64,000 bases of DNA from Peribolospora baueri (Eukaryota), in NCBI GenBank assembly GCA_029717555.1, contig JAMDHS010000005.1, forward strand, positions 186,001-250,000, read 5' to 3'. The notes under the pieces are model-generated. The model worked only from the letters and a program-made list of their open reading frames with translations, had not been told where the DNA came from and ran no database searches. How positions within the stretch are numbered: the stretch's first letter is position 1; every line of letters starts with the position of its first letter. Shown piece by piece: positions 1 through 13,615 of this stretch. Made by a program: the position numbers and the translations under genes.

Positions 1-843
1 CGGTCGCCGGCGCTTAAGGATGCACGTCGTCCGTCGATCGGTTCCGCGCCCCAACCAGGACCGCTCCGGTTTGTTCCACCACCGCACATCGACAACGTGA
101 TCCACCTCCGCCTACACCTCGGAATGGAATGCTCACGTGAACGCTGTCTCTCCATGGTATTTCTTGTGCCCTGCAATTGCGTTGGAATGGCGTGAATGAC
201 GCTCCGCAGATGTACGTCCACATGCCGACTGCCCCACGCCAGCGCAACAAGGCGGCCCATGCCGAACAAACCGACGCGGGACGCCATCATCGACATGCAG
301 CGTCTCAGGCTTGCAGCCACTCGTCGCGCAGCAAGCTCGACGTGCTGTTGCTGACATGGGACATACCGAGTGCAGTGTTAAGGCCTGACGAGATCCCATA
401 TGGCATTACTGGCATGCGTGCCCGAACAAACACAGAGCGCACAGTGAACATGATGAGGTCGAATGCAACGGCGAACGGACTCGCACTGCGCCCATACAAA
501 CAAGACAGCGCAACCAGCCTGGAGGGCTTGGCTGTGAAGAGATCTTTCCTCCTTCATTTCACTGGAACAGCTCCGGCCACATGAAGGCCCCGCCCAGGCA
601 ACGGTTTCACGAACGACAAGGTGGTGCGTACTGGGCACAGTTTAGCTTCCATTGCGCCGAGCTTACCGGTGACAAACGAACGGGGGCCCGGCGGCGGTCT
701 CCATAGATCGGATGGAAAGCCGCTTCCCTCACACACAATATCTAGCATATTAACAGACACACGAAAATAATGTCACACGGGTCAATATAACTTAACGCTC
801 CCAGTTGCTACAGTCTTCCTCGGTCAATCTCAACGCTTCGTGC

Positions 844-1972
844 TCAGCCAAGACGCAGGCCAAGGACGAAACCGGCAAGGAAGGAAGCGCGGGACTGGAA
901 ATCGGCGGTGAGGAAGTGGATGGCCCTGTTCCAGATCCGCACAAGGGGCTGCAATAAGGGAAAAAGAAGAGAAGATTGATGATAGGTTTTCCAAGGAAGG
1001 CCGTTAGCATAACCGTTCCAATGGGCCAAAATCCGATACCACATCTCTACTCACCGGGTTCCCATGCCCCGCGACCTTCGCCCCTTCAGAGGCGCTCGAA
1101 GGCGCATCAGCCGGCCCGGCAGCAGCGTCAAGGAAACTGTTGTACCTCGAGCCGATGGCACTCCAGTTGATTTGCACGTATTTCTTTGACGCAAGGTATT
1201 GGAGAAGCACAAATGCGCCTCCCAGCAGGAATGCGAGTGCCTTAAGACCTTTCTTTACAAAGACACCCGCGCAGACGCCGCTGTAGCCAGTACGGAGTAT
1301 GTACCCGGTTCGACAACGAGTTGGACGGGATAGTGAGCGTGCGCACAACCCGGCTGCGTATGCTGGGCGCACCATACAGCAGCGGGAACGGGAAGGCTCA
1401 CCATACAGTGCCAAAACTCAAATCATATATGCTAACGATACTCTTGGGCTCGTCTCCTGTCGTTGGGAGGCCCTCACCTCCACCCAAGCTCGTGGGATCC
1501 GCCTTTGGCGAGCCCGGAGGAGGCGACATGTTGGAAGCTGACCCAAACGGGTAGTATGGGGAAATACATAAATGATGAGTCACTCATTTCACGTTCGTAC
1601 GCTTCTCTTAGCCTGGAAGAGAATCCACGAGTGGAGGACAAGCTCACCCATACAATCCACGCTTCCCTTCCACCAAGCGCTGGCTCCCATGAGCGCCGGG
1701 GCGCCGAGCCCAACGACAGCAACTTTCAGCGCTCCTCCCCACCTCCCACCCATTCTTGTCCTCTCTCGCCCAAACCTCCACCCATGACGAGCAGAGGAGC
1801 TCAGAAACGATTCGGCTGAGGGAGAAAGAGAGGCAACCGAGACAGTCGAGAGCCGAGCATGGCCATACGGGACGGCCCAGCGGGGAGCAGATAGCGAGGC
1901 GGCTGCACGCAGGACTCGGAGGGGAGATATGCCGACACCGGCTGCAGGAAGACGGGGTGCGAGGAAGGACAT
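844..1972 (-). CDS. FUN14: FUN14/FUNDC1-family mitochondrial membrane protein (4 exons inferred)
   Basis: Arg/Ser/Leu-rich presequence-like N-terminus (MSFLAPRLP...). Spliced core reads SIYDLSFGTV|GVCAGVFVKKGLKALAFLLGGAFVLLQYLASKKYVQINW, and the C-terminus reads FLTADFQSRASFLAGFVLGLRLG*, which is typical of fungal FUN14. GT-AG introns join the ORF-track pieces. Confidence 0.88.
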
Positions 1973-2229
1973 GAGTTGACAGAACGTTCGAGCTCGGAGC
2001 TGGGGGGTTCGTGGAGAGGAGCGAAGCCATACCGGGCCCCGATCGGCCCGATCACCACCGTCGTCATTGGCACGATCAGATGCCGCGGCGGAGAAGAACG
2101 GAGGAGAGCGGCTACCCCACTACTGCGGCGACCAAGCTGGCTGGCTGGCTGGCGGACTGGCTGGCTTCGCATGAGCTTGACCTGTGAACGGCATAGAGAC
2201 TTTCCCAGGCTCGACGACGACGGCGAAGC
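1973..2229. promoter_or_regulatory. Compact divergent promoter shared by FUN14 and YOS9
   Basis: Only 257 bp separate two head-to-head start codons. Confidence 0.6.
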
Positions 2230-5030
2230 ATGCGAAGACAGCGATCACGACCACAACCAAGGGCACCGCTATCAGCGCCCTATCTGGTTTTGCTACTTTT
2301 TGTCGTAGCAACGTCATCCTATCTCTCTGCCTCGGTATCAGCTCTGCGATCGCAGCACTTTGGCTTCCCTGAGGATCTGCTCGCCCACCCTCAGTATCGG
2401 GTCCATATAGATGGTCCTCCAATATGGAACAGCTCAGCGGAGGAGGAATTGAAGAGGTCTATGAGGGAAAGGAGGCAGGAGGGTGATTTCAGTGGTGCGG
2501 AGGAAGCCGGGAAGGAAGAGAGGGCCGAAGCGGAGCAGATAGTGTTCGCTCAACCCGAGTCTGGCAAGGAAGTGGCTCCTGGGAGACCAGCAAAGGTGAG
2601 CAGTGGGGAGTCTACTTTGAACGGCCTTTGATCTCAGGTCTCTAAGCGCTTGTCGTATTACATGATATGATCCTTCTTCAAGCCCGAGACCACCGGAGAT
2701 GCCAGACCGCCCACTTCCGTCCATCTCATGCGAAACCCCACAGGACAGAACTATATCTGTAGCAGTGAGTGCTTCCTTGTCAATTTCTCTTGTTGCGCCC
2801 AAGCAGAGTTGAGCGCCGTTAGGGCAAACCGCGAGCGCATACGACATTGTCTTAACGCTGTTCACTCCTTTGTCACACCGCGACCGCATAATCGCCTTTA
2901 GTCCCGTCCCCACCCCCTCTGGCACCCGCCAACGCCTCTCTCCTCCCACCCGCCGAACTCGAACGCGCCCGCCGTGCTTCACTCGAAAATGGCCTTTCCC
3001 TCTTGGAGCCACTCAAGTCCTCGGACATGTGTCTCTACCACCATCAAGGCTGGTTCACCTACTCTTTCTGCCACGGTCACCAGGTTCGACAGTTCCGTTC
3101 CATTCATCAGGCTCTACCCGGTGGTGGAGTGCTGAGGACGGAGAGAGAAGATCCGAACCAAGTGGCATACGTGCTGGGCAAGTTTGGACATACGAGCAAG
3201 AGAGGTGGCCGTGCGGGGGGAGGGACAGACGAGGAGGATGAGGAGGCGGAAAGAGGGGAGGCGCACGAGGCAGGCGCAGAGGTGATGGATCTGTTGAGAT
3301 TTGGAGGAGGCGAGGAGCAGAGATATCTCGTCCAGCGCTGGGGTGGTGGGACTGTTTGTGACATGACCGGTGAAGAGAGGCAGGTCGAGGTTCAGGTGAG
3401 CTGATTTGGATTATCAACACCGCCCGATCGGCCGGTGACGGGTGAAATCGCTGATAGACACTCTTGCATGTCGTCCATCTAGTTTCACTGCGCCCGAACC
3501 TCCCGAGATCGCATTGCTCTCATCAAGGAAACGACGACGTGCAACTAGTGAGTCCTCTGCGCTCCTTCTCAATCGGAACGACGTGTTGGCCGGATCGTTA
3601 GCGCGCACATGCAGGATGACTGACCCTTTCGTCTGTCCGCCTGCGCCCCTTGCAGTATCCTCATCATCCACACGCCTCGGCTGTGCCAAGATCCGCTTTT
3701 CTCCACGGGTAAGGAGGAGAAAGTGGAGGACATTGTCTGTCGCCCGGTTGTCGAAGATGGATGGAAGCCGGTCGAGCGCATTGACGGTGGTGGCGGAGAT
3801 CAGCATGACGATCACGCGGACAAGTCACGGGGAGACCAGGCGGAAGATGGGCTTGGACTGGAGAAGAAGGGAGACGAAGAAGTCGCTCAAACGGGTGAGC
3901 TGCCTGCGCAGCAAGCCCCAGCAGCGGCCGCACCAGCCGCGCCCGCCGACTCGGCAGACGGGCAGTCGACTGGACCGCGTTCGGATGAATCGCGGACCAA
4001 CGCGGGTGAGACTGCGGAGTCCGGCGGCGCAGCTCAAGAGGCGCCCAAGACCGACCTGCTGAGTTCGGACGAGCCCCTGCTGGACGCGGCCGGCGCTCCA
4101 CCCAACTCGGAGGACCCGCTCTATGGCTCCTCCTCTTCCGAGCCGACGGTATGGGGCCTCTACACAGAAGGCTATGGCCAGGGAATATACGACCAGATGG
4201 CCGATCTGGGCGGCGTCGACGGGGATTTTTACTTTGCCATTGGCTTTGACGAGGATGGGGAAATGGTGTTGGAGGACGTGCAGCTCGAGCCGGAAGAGAT
4301 CGAGAGCTTGTTTGGAGCGGGAGCGGGAGCTGGGCAAGGGCGAGCGGGGCGTGAGAACGGGAACGGAAACGGGAACGGCCACGACGATGCGGGACGGCGA
4401 CGCGATCGTACGGCCGGCAATGCGAACGCGAACGGGGCCGATAGGGAATGGCTCGCCCAAGCGATGGAAGGGATGACCAAGCGTTTTGCGGACGCGAGCA
4501 GTACGCGACGACGGAAGGGGAAGGAGGGCGAAGGCGAGGCGGGAGATGGAAAGGGAGGAGGCGGGCAGAAGAAGGAGGGGGGCAAGGGAGGCGACAAAGG
4601 TGGGGAGGAGGAGGAGGAGAAGAAGGAGAAGAAGAAGAAGGAGAAGAAGGCGTCTGAGCTGGAAGAGCGCATGAAAGTCCTCCACTCGGCGCTGCAAGTC
4701 GCCTTGGGCGCCGCGGATGGTCAACAAGGCCAAGGACAAGGACAAGGACAAGGACAAGGCGAAGGTATCGACTTGGAAAACCTGTTCTTCTGGACCGGGG
4801 GTGCGCAAGGGATGGGTCGGAATGACGGAAATCGGGGCGGTGGAGGTGGGGGAGGTGGAGGAGGAGGAGGAGGACCAACAGGAGGAGCGGCCGAGTCGCT
4901 CGCGCATCGTGCGGCAAAGTTTTATGCGATCAAAGAAGGGACGGGGAAAGAGAAAAAGGAGACAAAGCGGGCGGAGCGGAAGGACGATGGCGAGGCGAGG
5001 TGGCAGCGCGCTCTGAGAGACGAGTTGTGA
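2230..5030 (+). CDS. YOS9: OS-9/Yos9 ER lectin for ERAD (MRH/PRKCSH domain), 5 exons inferred
   Basis: Signal peptide followed by FPEDLLAHPQY. MRH motifs CLYHHQGWFTYSFCHGHQVRQFR, RYLVQRWGGGTVCDMTGEERQVEVQ|FHC and IKETTTCNY|ILIIHTPRLC. Acidic low-complexity tail ending in the ER-retention signal RDEL. Confidence 0.93.
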
Positions 5031-5367
5031 TCGTTCGTTCCCGCCGGTTGTCGCTTGTCCGTGTCCGTGTCCGTTTTTGCCATCCTGGAACGATCGTGTC
5101 AGTCAGTGTTTTTCGACGTGCGGCGATCCTTTGGTCCGCGTCGCGCCGCGCCGTCCGGTCGGTCGGTCCTGCGTGGTGATGTGGCCAAGAGTGTGCGTGA
5201 AGATTAGATAAAAAAAAGTACAAGTACACAACAGAACGGCGTTGTACTGTTCTCGAATGGGGAGTACATCTACGAAGGATCGCGCCGGCGCGGAGGGGAG
5301 GGGAAAGAAAGAAGAAACGTCCGTACGCCGATACGGGGCCTGGGCGGTGCCCACGCAGTGCCCGATT

Positions 5368-8300
5368 CTAAGGTGCGCGAGCGGCGACAAAGATGACGCC
5401 GGCCAATATGGCCAACATGGTCGTCGCGGCGCCCACTCGGACGGCCGTGCTCGCGCCGCTGCTGCCGTGGCTCGTCGCGCCGCCGCGGCCGCCGCGGTTG
5501 CCGTTGGAGTTGGCGACGACAGAGGGGATGTCTGTGCCGGCGAGTGCGAACGTGGACGTGGGCACATGTACCTTTGATTCGGACTGAGTGGTTAGGAAGA
5601 CGAGAGCGACGCCCGGCGCGGGGACGGTGATGGGACAGGTGTCGCCGTTGCAGGAGACCGTTTGGACCGCCTCGGTCCCGTGGAGCACGCCTTCGCTGTA
5701 GAGGCCGAACGTCTGCCCCGCCCAGGTCTGTACGAAGAGGCAGCGAACGGTGCGAATCGAAGGCGTCAGCAACGAGCGGCCATAAAAACAAAACAAAACA
5801 AAACAAGAACGACAAGAGCCTATGCGCACGGCCCGCTTGCTGGAAATGGAAACGACTCACAATGTTCGCCTTCTCCGACACGGTCGGCGCGAGCAGATAC
5901 TTGACCTGTACGCTGGTCGCGCCGTTGCTGGGCAAGTTGGCGGTGAGCGTGTTGGCGCCAGAGGGGTCGTTGACCATATTGAGCAAGAGCGCCCTCTGAG
6001 GCGTCCCATTCTCATAGATGGCGTACGCGGCCACGTTGTCGTTGTTCACGAACAGGTCCCTGACCTGGCTCGTGTTGGAAGAGCCGAGCGCCTCGGCGAC
6101 GACGAGGGTGGCGTACAAGACCGGACCAGTCTGCCAGCCTCGGCCGGTTTCGTTGTGCGGCGGAGGGGTGAAGAGGTTGTACACCGTGTTCTGACCGGAC
6201 GAGTGGAGGAGCATGCCGGTGTGGTTGTTATATGCGAGCGACATTGCGGCGTCGATGGCCCAGATGGCGGATGCGAACACGTCTGCGACGCCAGGCGTGC
6301 CGACGCAGGACATTGTGTTCTGCGAGACGGCCGAAAATTAACCCAACAACGGATGAGACCTCGCCAAAGTCCATCATCACTGCCAGCCACGCCCTACTCA
6401 CCGTCTCAGTGATGATGAAAGGTAAGCCAGCCGCCTGTGCCGCTGCGGCCGCTGCTGCGTTCATAGTGGTGAACGAGGTGACGTACGAGTGCCGAAGATA
6501 GCCTTTGTGGAAGCAAAATCCAGGAAGAAGCAAAAATATGAGCGTCGGTGTGTTCGCCGAAAACGAGCTCGGAGGGGCCACTACGAGCAGCAGACGTCGA
6601 ACTGACCATCGAGTCCGTATGGGGTGGGGTTACCACAGAGCGACTGAGGGTCTACACGGTGACCCGAAAGAAATGACGACGGGAAACGTCAGCGGCTCGG
6701 TTCCCTACACTCGGACGGGCTGCAACCCACACTTGATGACGGACACGGCTGCCAAGCTGCTCTGGAAGCGTTGCTGGAAACCATTGGTGACGGTGACGTT
6801 GAACGTGTCCCAGTAGCAGCACACGGAGGGGGCGACGAAGAGGTTCTTGCGGGTCATGACGGCCTGCGCGGCGAACAGGGAAGGAGGTGACGGAAAGGTG
6901 TCAGTCGAGACCTGCGGTGGTGTCAGACTCCGCGCGTGTCTCCTCGGTCACGACGAGCTGTAGAGCATTTCCTCTCTCTCCCGCCTCCACGCTCTTCCCC
7001 TCCTCCCCTTCTTTCCCCTTATCGCCTCTCCTTCCCCCATCCCCCATCTCCCATCCCCTCCTCCTCGCCCCTCCAGCCGGCATACTCACAGCCATTTTGG
7101 AAGTGAGTTGGCCCCACTCGTCCATGTAGTCTGGGATGGAATACGTCGAGTTGCGGTTTCCCGTCAAGGAGTAGCGGTCCGGTTCGTTGCCCACCTGCGG
7201 AAGGACGTCAGCGGAGAAGAGGGAGCGGCGCAGGTCAGCCGGGCAGGACCGTAGAGGAAGACGGTGAGAGTCTCCGTGGGCATGAGGAAGGAAGGGTCGT
7301 AAAGACGCACGAGCAGCATGTGCAAATGGTCGCCCAGCGCTTGTTCGATGTCGCGTGCAGCATCGGGCGTGAAAGAAGCGCCGATGTCGACCATGTTCAT
7401 TCCGAAAATGAACTGACGAGACAGGGAGAGCGGAAAAAAAAAGGTCAGATGAGCGAAGCCAGCGGACCTCCGAGCCGGGAGGAACAAGTGTGACATCGGG
7501 AGAAGGCTCACGTCGACGTCGAGCAGGGAGGAGACGTTGGCCCTGATCGAGAAAGAGAGCGGGACGGTGTGAGCGCCAGGGTGGCCACGTCGAGACACGA
7601 ATAGGAAGACACAAATTGTCCTTCGCCGCTCACAACGCCTGGAAAAGAAGCGGGCTATAGACCACATCCGGCGTAGTCGGTGTCTGTCCGGATGTGAAAG
7701 GGAGCTGCTTCTTCGTAATCATCACGGTCTGCGATCGGGGAGGGAGACGGGGAGGAGAGGATGAAAGAGGAGTGAATGGTAGCATGATGAGCAGGCCGTC
7801 CGTAAGCCGCATCGCGCGCCGAGCGATGGGGACCGTCAAGCTCACCTGAGAGGTGTTGTATACCGCCGTGTCCTGCGTGTTGCCTGTGTGCAAATGAGAC
7901 CGACGTGGACGAAGGAGCGAGAGGCGAAGCGAACGATCAGCGGCGAACCGATGGGCGCGAGAAAAAAAGGAAAGAAAGGAGTGGTTGCGGAACGCACCTC
8001 CAACTCGGATGATGGGGCCCATGCCGGCCCTCGTTCGGATAGCGGCAACATAGTTGAGGAAAGGGACGTTCAGCTGGGCGGCCGAGCTGCCGACTGGAGT
8101 CGGAGCAAGGTGGGCGATGGTGAGCGAAGGAAGGCGTACGGAGCGAGAAGGGAAGAGAGAGGAGACGAGACGAGGCGACGCACCCAACTTGTCAATAACG
8201 CTGAGTTCCAAGCTAATGCCCAAAAAGTTTCCCTTCTGCGGGATGCTCAAGAACGTCTGGTTTTGCGACTGCACCCCGGCGCCGCCATTTGCCGGCGCGG

Positions 8301-8547
8301 GGGAGGCGGCGGGGTCGAAGGAGAGGGCGAGGGTGCCTACGGTTGGGGAGGGGAGGGCGGGCAGGGCTGCGGTGCCGGTGGAGGCGGAGATGGCGGCGGC
8401 GGAGGCGGCGGCTACGGCTGCGGGGGTGAGGACGGTGACGGAGGCATGGACGGTAGGGGTTAAGAGGAGGAGGGTGGAGAGGAGGAGGGTGGAGAGAAGG
8501 AGGGCGAAGTGGGGGGAGATGAGATGGAGAGCGCGTCGGTGGTGCAT
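5368..8547 (-). CDS. Glycoside hydrolase family 79 (beta-glucuronidase-like), secreted and probably GPI-anchored, multi-exon
   Basis: Signal peptide (MHHRR...LLLSTLLLLTPTVHA). Motifs FLGISLELSV, IRVGG|NTQD, acid/base VGNEPD, nucleophile FIITET|NTMSCVGTPGVADVFASAIWAID and C-terminal TWAGQTFG. Gly/Ser spacer plus a hydrophobic tail (MLAILAGVIFVAA). Confidence 0.88.
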
Positions 8548-8650
8548 GTTGGTTGGCGTCGGGGTCAGAGCGAAGGAGGAGCAGTGCTCAGCCAGCCCGC
8601 GTCCGTCTGTCCGGTACGGAGACGGTGGTGGGGGCGGAGAGGAGGACGTT

Positions 8651-8680
8651 GGTGATGGTGGTGGTGGTGGTGGTGGTGGT
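8651..8680. repeat. (GGT)n microsatellite in the GH79 5' region
   Basis: Read directly from the sequence. One of many simple repeats in UTRs and spacers. Confidence 0.85.
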
Positions 8681-9673
8681 GGGAAGAAGAAGCGAGGGAA
8701 CGAGACGGCAATGCAATGTTCCGGGACGTCTGAGACCAGCCAAGTGAAAAAAGACCGCCCACCGCGACTGCGCAACGCGACGCCGGAGCTCGAGCTCGAC
8801 CTCGGACGGCGTTCGTTCGTTCTATCGTCACCTCGGTCTGTCTTGTCTTATCTTGTCTATCAGTCTGGCGCTCCGGGGGCGCGCAAGTGTTTAGTTTTAC
8901 AAATTTGGCCACCGCCCGCGGACGGGCCGGCCGGCGAGGCCGACGGGCGATCTCTTCGGTTTCGCGTGCGCAGCGCAGAGCCAAGAAATAAGGCGGAACT
9001 AAGAGTTCGAGAAGCGTCGGTCGGTAGGCCGTTCACGCGAGCGAGCTCTTTGGCCTTGGGACGGCACGACACGAAGGGGGGAAAGATGAAGGGCGATGAG
9101 GCACATCCGCCACTGATCAACATTACCGCAGAGGGTCCATAGGAAGGAAGACGAGGCGGACAGACACGATGACAAGAGTCAATCAAGACGAACGAAACGA
9201 ATGAAACGAAACGAGCGAGGCGAGCCGAGGCACGGGGAGACGCGGACGGCGACATGGTCCATGGGGAGGTATTCTGCGAAGACGAAGGAAGGCAAAAGAG
9301 GGGATCGATGGAAGTGCGAGAGCGGGAGAGACAGACGGGCGAACGACGGGAGCGAGTACGTGGAGATAGAAAGATAGACACAACAGAAAGTGAAATAGAT
9401 GGGTGTCTATGTACGAAGGAGGAAGGAGGACGAGTCGCCGTACCGCTCCAGTCCGTCCACCCCCTTGCCCAGCCAGCCATGTATGCATGAAAGAAGGGGG
9501 GGCCGGGCTGCCTCGTGAACGAAGCCAGCGAATGGAACGATAGATCGGTCCAGAGCGAGCTGAGGGAAACGAAGACGACATTACGGGCCGCCGCCGCCGC
9601 AGGGTATACGGACGCGCTGAGAAACGCTCAAGTACGGTTTCCTCAGGCGAGTTCGGCGGGCGTGGCGACATCG

Positions 9674-12218
9674 TCAAGTAAGCGGACCGTCGCTCCTCCT
9701 CGACGAAGGGAAAAAGATCTTGGGCTGACTGCGCCCCTCAGATATGTAGCCGTTGTCGCGCACCAGCGGCGATCCCCACATGCGCCACGAGTTGGCTCCG
9801 TCCGACCAAGTCTTGCGATGGCCAAGACTGTCGAGTCGCAGCCGGGTCGAGTCGAGGGAGGGAGCGCATGGCGGACAGACAGACAGACAGTCAGTCAGAC
9901 AGATAGACAGATTGCGACCGACAACGCAGCTAACCGTACTCACAGTGCAATGGCAGTCTCAAGGAACCACTCGGTATGTTTGATAAAGTGAATCACCACC
10001 GTTCCTCCATGCGGGCGGCCAAGGTAGCGCGACTCCCATAGCAGCTTTGTCTCCTCATCGTCCTTGCTCGTCGGCGGTCGCGCGAGCCTCGTGGAGGAGG
10101 AGGAGGAGGAAAGCGAAAGAGGGTGCGAAGATGGTTGGCCGGTCGCGCGGCTATCGACCGACGCCGAGGACGATGACGGCGACGACGGCGACGACGAGGA
10201 CGACGACGAGGAAGACAGGAAGGAAAGATGTTTCTTGCCAGACTTGAGCAGGCCCGCGCCGTGCACGACCTTGTTCCACGGCAACCAGGCGTCGTCGGTC
10301 GCGCGCCCCTCGCGCACCCACGTCCCCGCCCACCGCCCACCGCCTTCGACGAGGGCCTCCACTTTTTCCTCCATCGTCAAATCCGGCCTCGGCGGCACGT
10401 ACTTCTCATGCCATTTGCTCACCGTCGAGTAGCTCGCCGCGGCGTGCTCGCCCCCTCGTCGGGTGATCTCCTCCTCGCTGAGGCCCATCATGCCCTCCAA
10501 GCGGACGCGCTCCACCTCGTCAGGGAAAAGGAATCCGTGCGAGTAGACGGTGCCAGCCTTGGGATGATCGTAGATCCAGCAATGCTCCGAGACCCAGTGG
10601 ATGTCCGACGCGTTCGGGTGGAGGATCATCCACTTGGCCGTCACCTTGTCCTCCTTGCCCTTTCGGTTCGCAAACGTTTCCTCGGCGGTGGCGATCCATT
10701 GGACGAGATCGGAGGTCAGCGCGTACGTCTCGCCCGCCATGAACCAGTCGCGTATGAGATCTGAAAGAGGAGGAAAGCTGCTCAACCACATGTGCGCAAA
10801 ACGAGATGACTCTGCTCGACCGACTGAGAGAACACTCACAACCCCAGTACGTCATCTTCTGAGGCGTCACCCGTAGATGCCTCTCGAGCTCGTCCAAGAC
10901 GAGGAAAGCGTCATCGTCGGCCTTGACGACAAAGTCCGCCTTCTTCCATCCCGTCACCACGGTTGGACGCGCGTCGGTCGAGTTGGCGTCGTCGGGTTGA
11001 ACGACCGAGGAGGCGACGGGTTCGGCATAGGGAACGGTGGCGTTCTCGGCGGCCCATTTGAAGAAGGCGTGTGTCTTTCCGCCGTTCATGTTTTCCTATA
11101 AAAGATGATCATATCAAGAGGCCGTGGTGGTCGGTCGGTCGGCCCCGTGATGAGAGACGATCGAGGACGGGACTTACCTTGATGTCCAAGATGGCAATGT
11201 CGTTGTACGTCTCCATCTCGAGAGCGATCTTCTCGGCGTTCTCCTTGCGAGGCCAGCCCATGATGAACTTGAACTGCATGCCCAGACTGGGCCGGCCGGT
11301 GAGCGGGTCGAGGGGCCTTGTGTGGGCGACGTAGGTGGATCGGATGAGCTGCCTGCGCTCAAAGGCGGCGTCGACGGTGAGGACGCCGACGAAGACGGAG
11401 ACCGGGTCGAGCGAGTCGGCGAGGTCGTGCGGGAACGGCGGCCGGTCCTGGCAGTACGTGCGCCAGGGGAGGCGTTCCTTGTCCGGGTTGAGGATATACA
11501 TGATTAGTAGGGTGACCCAGGTGACGAAGGCGGAGACGAAGAGGAGGGCGACGAAGATGGTGAGAGGCTGGAAGGCGCCCAGCGGCCCGAACGGCGAGCG
11601 GAGACAGCGCGAGACGAAGGCCTCGAAGAGCCGGCGAGGCGACCAGCGCGATCGTCGGCGGCGTCGGGAGGAAGGGGAGGAGGAGGAGGAAGAAGAAGAA
11701 GAAGAAGAAGCAAGGCGCGGAGAGAGGCCACGGGCGGGGCGGAGGCCTTTGCCACCGGCGAGCACGATCTTTGGCCCTTTTCGGACCGCGTTCCGTCGCG
11801 GCCACTTGAGCGCGGAGCGGGCGGTCGGTAAGACGGGCAGGCGCTTCTCGCTCTCGCGGGCAGAGAAGAGCGTGGAAGACGTCCAGCCGGACTCGACATC
11901 GTCTGGCGTTCGGGCGCCGTCGTCGTCATCGTCATCATCGTCGTCGTCGTCGTCGCTGTCGTCGGCGTACGGCGAGGAGCGGCCATCGAGGAGCGGCAAG
12001 GTGGAAGAGGAGGAGTAGGTGGAGGCCGAAGAAGGGTTGCGCGACATGGCGCGGGAGGCGGCGGAGAGGAGCGAGGACGGCCTAGATGTGGACGGCCCGT
12101 CATAGACGTCGGCGACGGCGGTGGCGTGTGCGGCGTCGTTTGGAGCGGGCGGGCCGCCGCCGACGACCAGAAGCGGCACGGCGTCGTCGGCGTCACGAGG
12201 GCGGTCGCCCGAGCTCAT
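9674..12218 (-). CDS. Glycosyltransferase family 31 (galactosyltransferase-like, type II membrane), 4 exons inferred
   Basis: One TM helix (IFVALLFVSAFVTWVTLLIMYIL). Motifs RRQLIRSTY, EMETYNDIAILD..ENMNGGKT, DxD motif VVKADDD and YWG|YLIRDWFMAGETYALT. A last intron (donor at 9943) joins a terminal exon LLGHRKTW...WRMWGSP...LT* ending at 9674. Confidence 0.88.
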
Positions 12219-13565
12219 TTTGAAGGGAGTATGAGGGAGGAGTGGTGCGTCTGGCTGTGGTTACCGCGAGGGAAGGACAAATGGGGAGAAAAGGCGCGCA
12301 AGCGGCGGAGGGAATAGAGGCCGCGAGGCGGCACGAGAAGGGAAGGAGGAGATGGAGGAAGGAAGGAGGGTGGGGGAGGGAGGGACGGGGGTGGAAGGAA
12401 GTCGGGGGAGGGGATGTGATGGAGGGAGCCAAAGATGGAGAGCGAACGAAGACAGATATCTGGCAAGGATTGCCAAGATGGGGACGAGCCGAGCCGGAAG
12501 CGCGTCGTCCAGACAGACACTGATGTCACTGCGCTCCTTCGTCGACCTAATACCAACTGGGCACAGCACCTTCACGCCAGACGGAGCGCTCGAGGCTAGA
12601 ACATGTATGCAGATGGAGTGAGTAGGTGGTGGTACGTGGAGTAGGGCAGAAGGGAGAAGAGAGACGAGACGAGACGGGTGCGCTACCGAGGGACAGGACG
12701 AGCTATGGGACGCCAGCGGAGGCACACGACCTGGCAGCCTGGGGGGCAGCGCCGAAGGGAAAGGTGCCGCCGCTCGTGGAAGCTGTTCGTTCAAGCATAG
12801 TCAGCCGTCGCAGCGTAGAGACAGATACGGATGTTAGACAAGACAAGTGGTAGGCGGCAAGCGGCAAGCAAGCCCAGCAACGCGGGCGGCTAATGGAGAC
12901 GGGAGAAGGAGAACGACGAGGACAAGGACAAAAACAAGGACAAGGATAAAAACTTGAACGGCTGCCGAGCTCGTGTCCACCGACGTTTGCCTCCGTCGTT
13001 CGAACGAGCCGCTCTTCCGACCGCCGTTCTGCTCCCCCTCTTCCACACCTGAACCCTCCAGGCAGCAGACGGGCCAGGCCAGGCAGACAGGCCAGGCAGA
13101 CTGATAGGCAGACTGACAGAAAGGAAGGAAAGAAGGAAGGAAAGAGCGACCGAGCGCAGATCAGGGTACGTACGACATGACATACCAAGACAAGCCCCCA
13201 ACCGTCTCGCTTCACTTCACACCGGCTCGCTGCGGCTGCGGAGGCCAATCGACGTATGCGCCGTCTTGCTTGGCTACGGCTTGACTAGATATATGGGACG
13301 ATCCATCGAGGCCGTAGTTGTCGACAAAAGCGAGCGAGCAAATGAGGGAAGGGGGAGTGAATGAGGGCAGGAATGAGTGAGTGAGTGAGTGGAGCGTGTC
13401 AGCGTACGGCAGGCAGTGTGCATATACGCCGTAGACAAGAGCCGATCGACGGCCGACGTCCTTCTTCACGCTCCTTCCGGCGCACATGTACCTAGTCTAC
13501 GCAAAGAAGGGGGGAGGGAGAGGGAGGGAGACATGCGGCGGCGAGGAGGAAGGGGCGGCTGAAGG

Positions 13566-13615
13566 GATGGATGGATGGATGGATGAACGGATGGACAGAT
13601 GGACAGATGGATGGA
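13566..13615. repeat. Degenerate (GATG)n/(GACA)n tetranucleotide repeat
   Basis: Read directly from the sequence. Confidence 0.8.

Noticed and set aside
1..790. Short ORFs at the window start
   Set aside because: No recognisable motifs or consistent splice structure. Left unassigned because upstream context is missing.
3664..4917. 417-aa and 360-aa antisense ORFs over YOS9
   Set aside because: These are low-complexity shadows of the acidic, Gly-rich YOS9 exon.
8548..8775. GTG-started extension upstream of GH79
   Set aside because: It is a repeat-derived poly-Pro stretch. The ATG at 8547 directly precedes the signal peptide.
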